From an uncultured cyanobacterium (GTDB lineage Bacteria; Cyanobacteriota; Cyanobacteriia; PCC-9006; JAAUQQ01), in contig OY970368.1 of assembly GCA_963718615.1 (NCBI GenBank), positions 2,304,001 to 2,368,000 on the forward strand: 64,000 nt of DNA. The letters run 5' to 3'. The notes under the pieces were generated by a model that had not been told where the DNA came from, did no database searches, and saw only the letters and a list, made by a program, of their open reading frames with translations. Positions 1 through 8,154 of this stretch are shown here, piece after piece (position 1 is the first letter of the stretch; each line of letters starts with the position of its first letter). Made by a program: the position numbers and the translations under genes.

Positions 1-294
1 TCTTCGATTGGGGATATCAGGGCGAGCGATCGCACCCTCATGCAATGGGCTAAAGAGAATGGACATATTGTCTTTACTCACGACTTAGACTTTGGGGCAA
101 TCTTGGCAGCGACCCAGGCGGATTCGCCCAGCGTGTTTCAGGTGAGAACTCAGGATAGTTTTCCTGAGGAAATTGGAGCAATTGTTTTTGCAGCCTTGCG
201 ACAATTTGAAGCTGAGTTATCCGCTGGGGCATTAGTTACCATTAACCCTCAGCAGGCTAGGGCACGTATTTTACCGATTGGTCGTTCTAAATAA
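1..294 (+). CDS. DUF5615 family PIN-like protein (5' end outside window)
   Basis: Frame is open from base 1 (SSIGDIRASDRTLMQWAKENGHIVFTHDLDFG...RARILP), with the D...T.D.DF and R.LP motifs of DUF5615 PIN-like proteins. Its TAA overlaps the cas4 ATG. Confidence 0.85.
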   Translation, partial: SSIGDIRASDRTLMQWAKENGHIVFTHDLDFGAILAATQADSPSVFQVRTQDSFPEEIGAIVFAALRQFEAELSAGALVTINPQQARARILPIGRSK

Positions 295-593
295 TGACTT
301 CTATGGTTGAAGTTGATGATTATCTAATGATTAGTGCCTTACAGCACTATGCCTATTGCCCGCGCCAATGTGCGCTAATTCATGTTGAAAAAACCTGGGA
401 TGAGAACCTCTACACCATGCGGGGCAACCGCGTTCATGAGGTTGTCAATATCCCAGAGGATGAGCTGATCGATGGGGTGCGGGTGGAGCGGGCCATGCCA
501 TTGATTGAGTCTTGTTTGCCCTATGCCTTGCAGGGGTTTCCATCATCTACCCGAAAGCATGATCTATTCGCTGTGGCTGATGACCCAGATTAA
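294..593 (+). pseudogene. cas4: Cas4 (type I-C-like) with in-frame internal deletion
   Basis: The N-terminal ISALQHYAYCPRQCALIHVE...RG..VH motif joins directly (ERAMPL|IESCLP) to the C-terminal C.P motif. The RecB-like D...EYK core and two Fe-S cysteines are missing. 99 aa versus ~200 expected. Confidence 0.85.
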
Positions 594-596
594 TCC

Positions 597-1184
597 GTGA
601 AACAAATTCTCAATACGCTCTATGTTCAAACCCAGGGAACTTATCTGCGGTTGGATCATGAAACGTTGAAGTTAGAGTTCGAAAAGGAAGTCAAATTCCA
701 GGTGCCGCTGCATCATTTGGGTGGCATTGTGACGTTTGGCAATGTGTTGGTCAGTCCATTTTTGCTGCATCGCTGTGGGGAGGATGGGCGATCGCTCGTT
801 TGGCTGACCCAAAATGGGCGGTTTAAGGCCAGGTTGGCAGGGCCAACCACAGGCAATGTGCTGTTGCGTCGGGCGCAGCATGGGGCGGTTGGGGATATCG
901 GGGCGGGGCTGGCGATCGCGCGCTGTATGGTGGCGGGCAAGCTGCAAAATACGCGGGCGGTGGTGATGCGAGCGGCGCGAGAAGCCAAGGTGGAAGCAGA
1001 CAGGGCTGCGCTAAGGGCGACGGCGAAGGTGTTGGCGGATGGCATTGGCAATGCCCAAATGGCGGTAGATGTGGACCAATTGAGGGGCATTGAGGGCTTT
1101 GGAGCGCGGGCCTATTTTGGTAGTTTTAGTGCGATGGTGCGTAGCAATCGGGAGGATTTTGCGATGGAGGGGCGATCGAAACGG
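597..1184 (+). pseudogene. cas1: Cas1 (type I-C-like), C-terminal half deleted
   Basis: LNTLYVQTQGTYL, GNVLLRRAQH, GKLQN, LRGIEG..AR.YF and GRSKR are present. Homology stops at residue ~196, before PP.D..NALLSF, and the ORF then runs out of frame through cas2. Confidence 0.9.
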
Positions 1185-1441
1185 AAACGAAGGCGGGGCG
1201 ACGGCGGTTGCGGCAGGTGGCGACGATTTGCAAGGATTTTGGCCAGCGGGTGCAGATGTCGGTGTTTGAATGTCGGGTGGATGAGATGCAGTATGAGCGG
1301 TTGCAGGCCAGACTGTTGAAGACGATTGATCCGAAGCTGGATAATTTGCGGTTTTATAAGTTGCTGGGGGGGCGGGAAAAGGGGGTTGAGGCGTTTGGGA
1401 TTGATAGGTATGTGGATTTTGATGAGCCGCTGATTTTGTAG
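1181..1441 (+). pseudogene. cas2: Cas2 lacking its N-terminus
   Basis: Frame reads TETKAGRRRLRQVATICKDFGQRVQMSVFEC...D.LRFY...FDEPLIL. The start codon and the YDV catalytic strand are absent. Confidence 0.88.
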
Positions 1442-1641
1442 GAAGTTTTATGTTTAAGGAATTTGATGGGATCGCGAATGGGGAGTGAGGGATGTTGGGT
1501 CGGGATGTTCGCGATCGCTTGTGATGTGGGGATTTGAATCTTTCTATGTGTGAAATTTATGGGTTGTCAGGACAGGGGGATCGGGGGTCCGCGAAGAGAT
1601 GGCTTAAAAAGCTTGTGCTGTAAGGCTTTACAATGACAGCT
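1442..1641 (+). promoter_or_regulatory. CRISPR leader
   Basis: 200-bp non-coding region between cas2 and repeat 1, with inverted motif GATCGCGAA (1470-1478) / TTCGCGATC (1508-1516) and a related CCGCGAA near 1590. Confidence 0.75.
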
Positions 1642-3182
1642 GTTGCGATCGCCTTTCGGGGCGATCGAGGATTGGAACAAAAAAGCACAGGTTGGCCTAG
1701 CAAGGCAGAAGGTTGCGATCGCCTTTCGGGGCGATCGAGGATTGGAACCCTAACTTCAAGTCTAAGTCTGATAAGCAGTCGAGTTGCGATCGCCTTTCGG
1801 GGCGATCGAGGATTGGAACCGGTAAAACGTAGGAGCAGATATAAGGCTGGGGCGTTGCGATCGCCTTTCGGGGCGATCGAGGATTGGAACCGAGAATCGT
1901 ACGAATTCGGAGCTATCAGCAGAGGTTGCGATCGCCTTTCGGGGCGATCGAGGATTGGAACCAGTATTTGAGAAGCAGGCGATAATTAAAAGACGTTGCG
2001 ATCGCCTTTCGGGGCGATCGAGGATTGGAACATAGTTTTGATTGACACCAACGACGGCAAGTCTGGTTGCGATCGCCTTTCGGGGCGATCGAGGATTGGA
2101 ACAGTTGCAAAGCAGGTTGCTGGCCAGTGTTTGGCCCAGTTGCGATCGCCTTTCGGGGCGATCGAGGATTGGAACAGGAGTGCGAGGCATGCTGAGGTCT
2201 GGCCTAAGTTGTTGCGATCGCCTTTCGGGGCGATCGAGGATTGGAACTCCCTACAAGCTACCCGCGAGGAAGACTGGCAAAGTTGCGATCGCCTTTCGGG
2301 GCGATCGAGGATTGGAACTTTGAAAGCAGGAGAGATTAATGGTTGCATGCTGGTTGCGATCGCCTTTCGGGGCGATCGAGGATTGGAACACCCAAGGGAT
2401 TGTATTTCTAATAATCTGGGCAAGTTGCGATCGCCTTTCGGGGCGATCGAGGATTGGAACTACAGCAGCGGTTGGATCAACACCAAATCCCCAGTCGTTG
2501 CGATCGCCTTTCGGGGCGATCGAGGATTGGAACCGCCAGGGCACCAGATCAACGATCGCTCAGCACTGTTGCGATCGCCTTTCGGGGCGATCGAGGATTG
2601 GAACAGCTAATCCGCTGGGCAGCCCATGGCTTGCTCAAGTTGCGATCGCCTTTCGGGGCGATCGAGGATTGGAACGGATCGTAAAAAACCTGGGCCTAAC
2701 GCCCTATGGTATCTCCCAGGTTGCGATCGCCTTTCGGGGCGATCGAGGATTGGAACTCCCCAGCGGCGCGAACGTGGGAAATGTCGTAAGGTTGCGATCG
2801 CCTTTCGGGGCGATCGAGGATTGGAACGCTCAAGGGTAAACCCATTGGCGGCATGAGATCGGTTGCGATCGCCTTTCGGGGCGATCGAGGATTGGAACCT
2901 CTCAGATCTACAGGATGCGGCGATCGCCAAGTTGCGATCGCCTTTCGGGGCGATCGAGGATTGGAACCCGATGACCCTAATCGTCGGCGAGCAATTAATG
3001 TAGGTTGCGATCGCCTTTCGGGGCGATCGAGGATTGGAACGTTCGTAATGAAACCTTTTGGGCCGTATGCATATAGTTGCGATCGCCTTTCGGGGCGATC
3101 GAGGATTGGAACAACACCTTGGCACATCTTGGGAATAGCTCAGGCGTTGCGATCGCCTTTCGGGGCGATCGAGGATTGGAAC
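1642..3182 (+). CRISPR. CRISPR array: 22 identical 37-bp repeats GTTGCGATCGCCTTTCGGGGCGATCGAGGATTGGAAC, 21 spacers (32-36 nt, one 44 nt)
   Basis: Repeats counted directly, starting at 1642, 1712, 1783 ... 3076, 3146. Stem CGATCGCC/GGCGATCG with TTCG loop and a GGAAC 3' end. Leader on the left. Confidence 0.98.
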
Positions 3183-3190
3183 TCTGCATA

Positions 3191-6100
3191 TTAGACCGCG
3201 ATCGCCAACTGTGAGCCCTTTTCTGTTTTTGTAATCTCAATGCGAGCTTGAAACGCTTCTTTGAATTGAGGCATATGGGTAATGGTTAAAATACAGGCAA
3301 AATCTGCCGCGATCGCATTAATAGCAGCAATGAGGCGATCGCACCCCTCCGTATCCTGGGTCCCAAACCCCTCATCCACAATCAATAACTGCAACGCCGT
3401 GCCTGATCGCTGGGCCAACAGTCGCGCCAACGCTAGCCGAATGGAAAAGTTAACCCGGAACGCTTCTCCGCCTGAATAGGTTTCATAGGGTCGGGTTCCC
3501 TTGGCGTCGGCAATGCGAATATCCAGGGTATCAATCAATTTTTCGCCAGATTTAGAGCTTGATTTCTGGCCTCGACGTTGGGCTTTCTGCGTGACAAATT
3601 GGACATGGAGTTGATTGGCGCTGAGCCTTGCCAAAATTTGATTGGCTTCCCGTTCGAGTTGAGGTAAAACATTTTCAATCATCAGCGCCTGGATGCCATT
3701 TTTACCAAAGGCTTGGGCCAATTCTTGTTGAATTTGCTGTTGATATTGACAGGTTTCGTACTGCTGTTGCTGGTCTTGAAACTGGACCGTGAGGGCTTCA
3801 AATTGCTGTTGCTGTTGTTGCAGTCGTCCCTGTTCGGCGATCGCCCGGTCTAACCGTTGACGCCGCTGCTGAATTTGGCTGTCAAGCTGGGCAATGGCCT
3901 CCCTCAAATCGGCGCTGCTCTCTAAGGCTTGGGTTGTTTGAGTGATCTGTTGGGCAATGCCGTTTAAGCTAGTTTGTGTCGTTGCTTGCTGCTGGAGGAC
4001 CAGGGCTATGCGTTCTTGCAGTAAGGGCAACTGTTGTTGGGCCTGAAGGAGTTCTTGGTAGCGGAGCTGCCAGGGTTGAGCTTCGCGCAGGGCTTGGCGG
4101 AGCTGATTGTGGGCCGTTGGGCTATAGTCCAGCGCAGTCAGTTGGGTTTGTAATTGTTGAAGCTGTTGCTGCAACTCTCCCTGTTCAAGCTGGGCCAATT
4201 GCTCTTCCAGGCTGCATCGCTGGGCTTCCCATTCAGGGCGCTGGGCTTGGAGTTGGGTCCAGCGGGTTTGAATGTGTCGCAATTCTACGTGCTTTAGCTT
4301 AGCCCAGCGCCAGCGTTCCACTTCTCCCTTGGCGAGGGCATGGTCGCGTTCGTCGTAGCCCAAATCTGCCAGGGCTTGGCTGAGCTGCTGATATTCTGTT
4401 TGCAAATCGGGTTCGTAGGTTTGGCCTTGGAGCTGGGCCGATAGCTGCTCGATCTCCTGGGTCAGGGTTTCGAGTTGATGGAGCAATTCTTGACTGGCAT
4501 TGAGTTGCTGTTTTAATTGACCTAGTCGCTGCAAAAAGCCATTGTAGGTTTTAATATCGCGCTCGATGGCACGGTATTCCTGGCGCAGGATCGCGATTTC
4601 TTTCTTGGATGTGGCAATTTGTTCAGTGACGACCCAAATGCGCTCGTTGAGGGTTTGGCGATCGCCCTCATACTGCTCCTGGGCAAAACGCCGATGGTCT
4701 TCATCGAGGGGATGATTGCAGAGGGGACAAGGGGTTTGAGGATCCTCTAGGGTGACCTCCTTGCGATTGAGCTCAGCCAACAGAGCTTCATCATCGATTA
4801 AATGTGCTTGTAAGCGTTCCAAAAAGCCCCGCCGTTCTAATCCTTTATCGCGAATTTGGGTTTGAAGTTGTTGCCGTTGTTCGAGGTATTCGACCTGCCT
4901 GCGTGTGGCTTCGTATTCTGCGTGAACTTGGGGCAGCCAAGTCTGCTTTTCATGGAAGGTTTGGTGCTGTTGCTGCAAGGTTTCAAGACGGGTTTGTAAC
5001 CGCATTTGGGCAGATTGCAGCTCGTGGGCTACGAGGGTATGCCGTTGGAGCAAGGGCGCGGCTTCGGCTTGGCGCTGGTCGAGGGTTTGCAGATGGGATC
5101 GGGCGGTTTGATAGGTTGCAAAGGCAGCTTCAATGCTGGGTGCTTTGTCAAGCAACTGTTGCAAGCTGGCTTCATCGGTTTCTAGGGCTGTGAGCTGCTG
5201 TTGCACCTGGGCCAATTGGCGGATTAGATCGCCCTGCTGTTGATCTAGGGTGATTTGTAGGGTTTGCTGTTGCTCCTGCAAGGCTCGGTATTGTTCAGCC
5301 GCTTGGGCTAAGCCCTCGTCGCGGGTTTGGAGGCTTAGCCACTGCTGATAGCCCTGCTGAATAGCTGCGGCCTCGGCCATGCGAGCGGCTAAATCGATTT
5401 GCTGTCCGTTGAGGGTTTGGGCTTCTTGAGTTAGGCGTTCTTGATCTTGCAGAAGGCGATCGCGCTGTTGCCTTTGGAACTGAAGCTCCTGTTCCCAGCC
5501 GAGGCGCTGCTGTTGTTGGGTTTGGTATTGGTCGAGACGTTGGCGATCGCGCTCCTGTTCGGCTTGCAGCGCTGCTAAGCTAGCCAGGAGTACCTGATGC
5601 TCGGTTTGAATAGCCTGCTGTTGCTGAAGTTGTGGAGCCAAGCGATCGAGATTTTGTTTGAGTAAATTGGCCTGGATGCGATAGTCCCGCGCTTGGGTCT
5701 TGGCTTTTTCGGCGAGGCGATCGTATTGGTCCAGCTTGAGTAAATCAGCGAGGACTTGTTTGCGATCGCTCGGGCGCTTAAGCATAAATTCATCGGCTCG
5801 GCCCTGACGCAAATAGGCGGAATTGACGAAGGTTTCGTAATCCAGTTTGAGGGTTGCGGTGATCAGATCCTGGGTGGCGCGCACGCCTTTGGCCGTGAGG
5901 CTGCGAAATTGCAGGCTTTGGAGGTCCTCCGGGGTTGTATGGGAAGAAGCTTGAGTCCCTGGAGCTTGAGTCCCTGGAGCTTGAGTCCCTTGAGCTTGAG
6001 CAACTTGAAACTCTAAAACCGTCGTTTGCTGACGATGGCGCGATCGCAGTACCCGATAAATTTGCTGCTGGTTTTTGAAAATGAAATCAACCCTTGCTTC

Positions 6101-6298
6101 CGCTGCGCCCTGGTGAATCACATCATCTTCTAGGGCCGCTCGACTTTCTCCCCAAAGGACCCAGGTGATGGCTTCCAAGAGAGAGGATTTACCGGCCCCA
6201 TTGGGTCCACAAATACAGGCGGTGTGCAGTCCTTGAAACGCTAAGACTGCGGTTTGATAGCTCAGAAAATTGTGAAGACTCAGCCGATAGGGAATCAC
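3191..6298 (-). CDS. sbcC: Exonuclease subunit SbcC (Rad50-like SMC ATPase)
   Basis: Walker A GPNGAGKSS, Q-loop LRQG, long coiled coil with CPLC zinc hook, signature YSGGE, Walker B LIVDEGFG, ITH. Confidence 0.95.
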   Translation of the reverse strand: MIPYRLSLHNFLSYQTAVLAFQGLHTACICGPNGAGKSSLLEAITWVLWGESRAALEDDVIHQGAAEARVDFIFKNQQQIYRVLRSRHRQQTTVLEFQVAQAQGTQAPGTQAPGTQASSHTTPEDLQSLQFRSLTAKGVRATQDLITATLKLDYETFVNSAYLRQGRADEFMLKRPSDRKQVLADLLKLDQYDRLAEKAKTQARDYRIQANLLKQNLDRLAPQLQQQQAIQTEHQVLLASLAALQAEQERDRQRLDQYQTQQQQRLGWEQELQFQRQQRDRLLQDQERLTQEAQTLNGQQIDLAARMAEAAAIQQGYQQWLSLQTRDEGLAQAAEQYRALQEQQQTLQITLDQQQGDLIRQLAQVQQQLTALETDEASLQQLLDKAPSIEAAFATYQTARSHLQTLDQRQAEAAPLLQRHTLVAHELQSAQMRLQTRLETLQQQHQTFHEKQTWLPQVHAEYEATRRQVEYLEQRQQLQTQIRDKGLERRGFLERLQAHLIDDEALLAELNRKEVTLEDPQTPCPLCNHPLDEDHRRFAQEQYEGDRQTLNERIWVVTEQIATSKKEIAILRQEYRAIERDIKTYNGFLQRLGQLKQQLNASQELLHQLETLTQEIEQLSAQLQGQTYEPDLQTEYQQLSQALADLGYDERDHALAKGEVERWRWAKLKHVELRHIQTRWTQLQAQRPEWEAQRCSLEEQLAQLEQGELQQQLQQLQTQLTALDYSPTAHNQLRQALREAQPWQLRYQELLQAQQQLPLLQERIALVLQQQATTQTSLNGIAQQITQTTQALESSADLREAIAQLDSQIQQRRQRLDRAIAEQGRLQQQQQQFEALTVQFQDQQQQYETCQYQQQIQQELAQAFGKNGIQALMIENVLPQLEREANQILARLSANQLHVQFVTQKAQRRGQKSSSKSGEKLIDTLDIRIADAKGTRPYETYSGGEAFRVNFSIRLALARLLAQRSGTALQLLIVDEGFGTQDTEGCDRLIAAINAIAADFACILTITHMPQFKEAFQARIEITKTEKGSQLAIAV
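5948..6000. repeat. 15-nt tandem repeat (AGCTTGAGTCCCTGG x3.5) inside sbcC, encoding GTQAP units
   Basis: Seen directly in the sequence. Confidence 0.9.
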
Positions 6299-6333
6299 AA
6301 ACGCTGTACCTGTCCTAGCGAAATGCGAAAACT

Positions 6334-6347
6334 AGTACAATTTTACC
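6334..6347 (-). promoter_or_regulatory. Candidate LexA box upstream of sbcC
   Basis: GGTAAAATTGTACT on the minus strand has 1 mismatch to the cyanobacterial RGTAC-N3-DGTWCB consensus and lies ~35 bp upstream of a DNA-repair gene. Confidence 0.4.
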
Positions 6348-6379
6348 GGCTGAGCTTCAGTTTTGCCTAGGGCTTACAC

Positions 6380-6595
6380 TCAGGTAATCACGACGATTTC
6401 CTTGAGAACTTTGTTGTCTTTGACGATCCCCAGATTTTTACCGTCTCGACTTTCTTCCTGCACCAAGCTGTAAAGCTTCAATCCGGTCCTAAGAATATCG
6501 GCCATATTTTTGCCCGAGGCTTCAGCCAAACGCTGAAGTTCTTCGTAGGCATCTGGTGTTAAATCCAGATTGAGTCGTTTTTTATGCTGAACCAT
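6380..6595 (-). CDS. CopG/ribbon-helix-helix DNA-binding protein
   Basis: RLNLDL beta-ribbon followed by two helices (YEELQRLAEASGKNMADILRTGL). GGAGA Shine-Dalgarno precedes the ATG at 6595. Confidence 0.8.
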   Translation of the reverse strand: MVQHKKRLNLDLTPDAYEELQRLAEASGKNMADILRTGLKLYSLVQEESRDGKNLGIVKDNKVLKEIVVIT

Positions 6596-6620
6596 AGTTC
6601 TCCCCACCCAACGATTTCAC

Positions 6621-6700
6621 AAAATAAACTCGACCCCCATCCCGAAGGAAAATGGGTTGAGCTTTTACCACACCGAGACTCTGTTGCAGAGACTTAGGTG
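6621..6700 (-). ncRNA. Candidate ~80-nt structured RNA or attenuator (two hairpins, the second with UUCG loop and U-tract)
   Basis: Minus strand reads CACCTAAGTCTCTG-CAA-CAGAGTCTCGGTG, then GCTCAACCCATTTTCC-TTCG-GGATGGGGGTCGAGT-TTATTTT, directly downstream of a sigma70-like promoter. Confidence 0.4.
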
Positions 6701-6703
6701 AGC

Positions 6704-6740
6704 AGTGTATCAACCGTCAGAAAAAGGATCAATCTTTTTT
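6704..6740 (-). promoter_or_regulatory. Sigma70-type promoter TTGATC-N17-TACACT with palindrome over the -35
   Basis: -35 at 6732-6727 and -10 at 6709-6704 with an exact 17-nt spacer. Imperfect palindrome AAAAAGGATCAATCTTTTTT at 6721-6740. Confidence 0.5.
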
Positions 6741-6764
6741 GAGGATTATTTACCCATCTCAGGT

Positions 6765-6992
6765 TTAGAGTGCGTCCCAGATGCTGCCAATCAGTAGGCT
6801 AATACAGGCGATCGCTCCCATCCCCAACATCCATTCAATCAAGTGGTTCAGCCAAAGCCGCAGATCCCAGCCCAATTGCAAAAAGGGCAACAGGAAAAAC
6901 AGAAGAATGGCGATCGGGGCGAGAAACAGCAGTGTTTTGAAGAGCAGTCCAGCCAGGCGAAGCGCGAGGTTGTACTGAGAATGAGGCACCAT
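6765..6992 (-). CDS. Small hypothetical membrane protein (2 TM)
   Basis: 75-aa ORF with two hydrophobic segments and an ATG start. Confidence 0.55.
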   Translation of the reverse strand: MVPHSQYNLALRLAGLLFKTLLFLAPIAILLFFLLPFLQLGWDLRLWLNHLIEWMLGMGAIACISLLIGSIWDAL

Positions 6993-7023
6993 GGTCGAGT
7001 CTCCATCATCAGAGGCTATCGAG

Positions 7024-7071
7024 GTCGAACCTGAAGTTGAACCTGAAGTTAAACTTCGGGTCGAACCTGAA
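7024..7071. repeat. 12-nt degenerate tandem repeat (GTCGAACCTGAA x4)
   Basis: Seen directly in the sequence. Confidence 0.85.
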
Positions 7072-7278
7072 TGGGATCAGGCGAAAAGCCTGTGGATATC
7101 TGATTTTCAGCGGTGTCAAGGAAAATTATGCAAGATGCCAGGAAGGGGCGGGGTAGAAAAGCTGGGCTGTAAGGTTCGCCATTCGGATCAATGAAAGGCT
7201 GAAAATCTATCCACCCTAAGCATAAAAGATACGCAAAAAATCATCAATTCTTGCATCAGATGCAGTGACCCGGTGCCG

Positions 7279-8154
7279 TCATAGATGGCGAATGGCTTGG
7301 ATCAATCCGGTGGTGGCGCGGGTGAGGAAGTCGAGGTTGAGGGTTTCGAGGCGATCGCTTCCTTGGTGATAGTGGGGGTTGCGCAGATCGGCGGTGTCGG
7401 TCACCAGGATGGCATTGTAGCCCGCATCCCAAAAGGCGGCGTGGTCGCTATCGCGGAGGCGAGGAATGGGGTGGCCTTGGTTCCAGATGGGCAGGATTTC
7501 GCAGGGCATGCCGCATTGACGGAGGTGGTGGCGACAGCGCCATAAATCGGGGATTGTCTTGAGATTGCCCACCAGGGCCAAAAAGTCGCCTCGGTTGGGA
7601 AAAAAGCGATCGAGTCCGGCGGGATAGTTCTGGGAGCCGGGGGTGGGGTCGCAATAGCCCAGCATTTCGAGGGATAGCATCAGCCGCAGCGGTTGCTGCT
7701 CTTCGGCCAGGAGCTGGGCCGTTACCTGACTGCCGAGGCGACCGTATTCTTCGGCATCGAAGGCGACTAGCCGTAGGGGGGCGCGACTGGGGCTCTGGGC
7801 AAAGACGCGGGCGAGTTCAAGCAAAACGGCGACGCCCGTGGCATTGTCGTCGGCACCGGGACTGGCGTGAACGGCGTCGTAATGGGCTCCGATCAAAATT
7901 GGAGGGGTTTTAGCCGCCGCTGCTGCCGGGAGGTCGAGGATGAGATTACAGTAGGTAGTTCCTGAAAACTCAAATGCTTCATCGGTGACCTCGCCCCATT
8001 GCTCCCATTGTTGCCGAATATAGGTTTGAACATAGAGATGGCCCAGGGGCGAAAACAGCGGGTCGCGATCGCGCGCAATCTCCTGCAAATGCAGTTCCAG
8101 ATTGGTTTTGAGCTCGGTTTCTAGATTGATGTTCGGATCGGGGGTCAGGTCCAT
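7279..8154 (-). CDS. M28 family peptidase
   Basis: GAHYD, GADDNATG, DAEE, LEMLG, SDH and YH motifs. Confidence 0.9.
   Translation of the reverse strand: MDLTPDPNINLETELKTNLELHLQEIARDRDPLFSPLGHLYVQTYIRQQWEQWGEVTDEAFEFSGTTYCNLILDLPAAAAAKTPPILIGAHYDAVHASPGADDNATGVAVLLELARVFAQSPSRAPLRLVAFDAEEYGRLGSQVTAQLLAEEQQPLRLMLSLEMLGYCDPTPGSQNYPAGLDRFFPNRGDFLALVGNLKTIPDLWRCRHHLRQCGMPCEILPIWNQGHPIPRLRDSDHAAFWDAGYNAILVTDTADLRNPHYHQGSDRLETLNLDFLTRATTGLIQAIRHL

Noticed and set aside
1173-1200. Programmed -1 frameshift giving a Cas1-Cas2 fusion
   Set aside because: No X XXY YYZ slippery heptamer in the cas1 frame, and both catalytic regions are absent, so deletion explains the junction better.
1633-3240. Many overlapping ORFs across the CRISPR array
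   Set aside because: Translations of the stop-free repeat; not genes.
6626-6665. c-di-GMP-I riboswitch or Yfr1 resemblance
   Set aside because: Lacks the GGCAAA/GACGCAAAGC elements and the ACUCCUCACAC motif; kept only as an unknown structured RNA.
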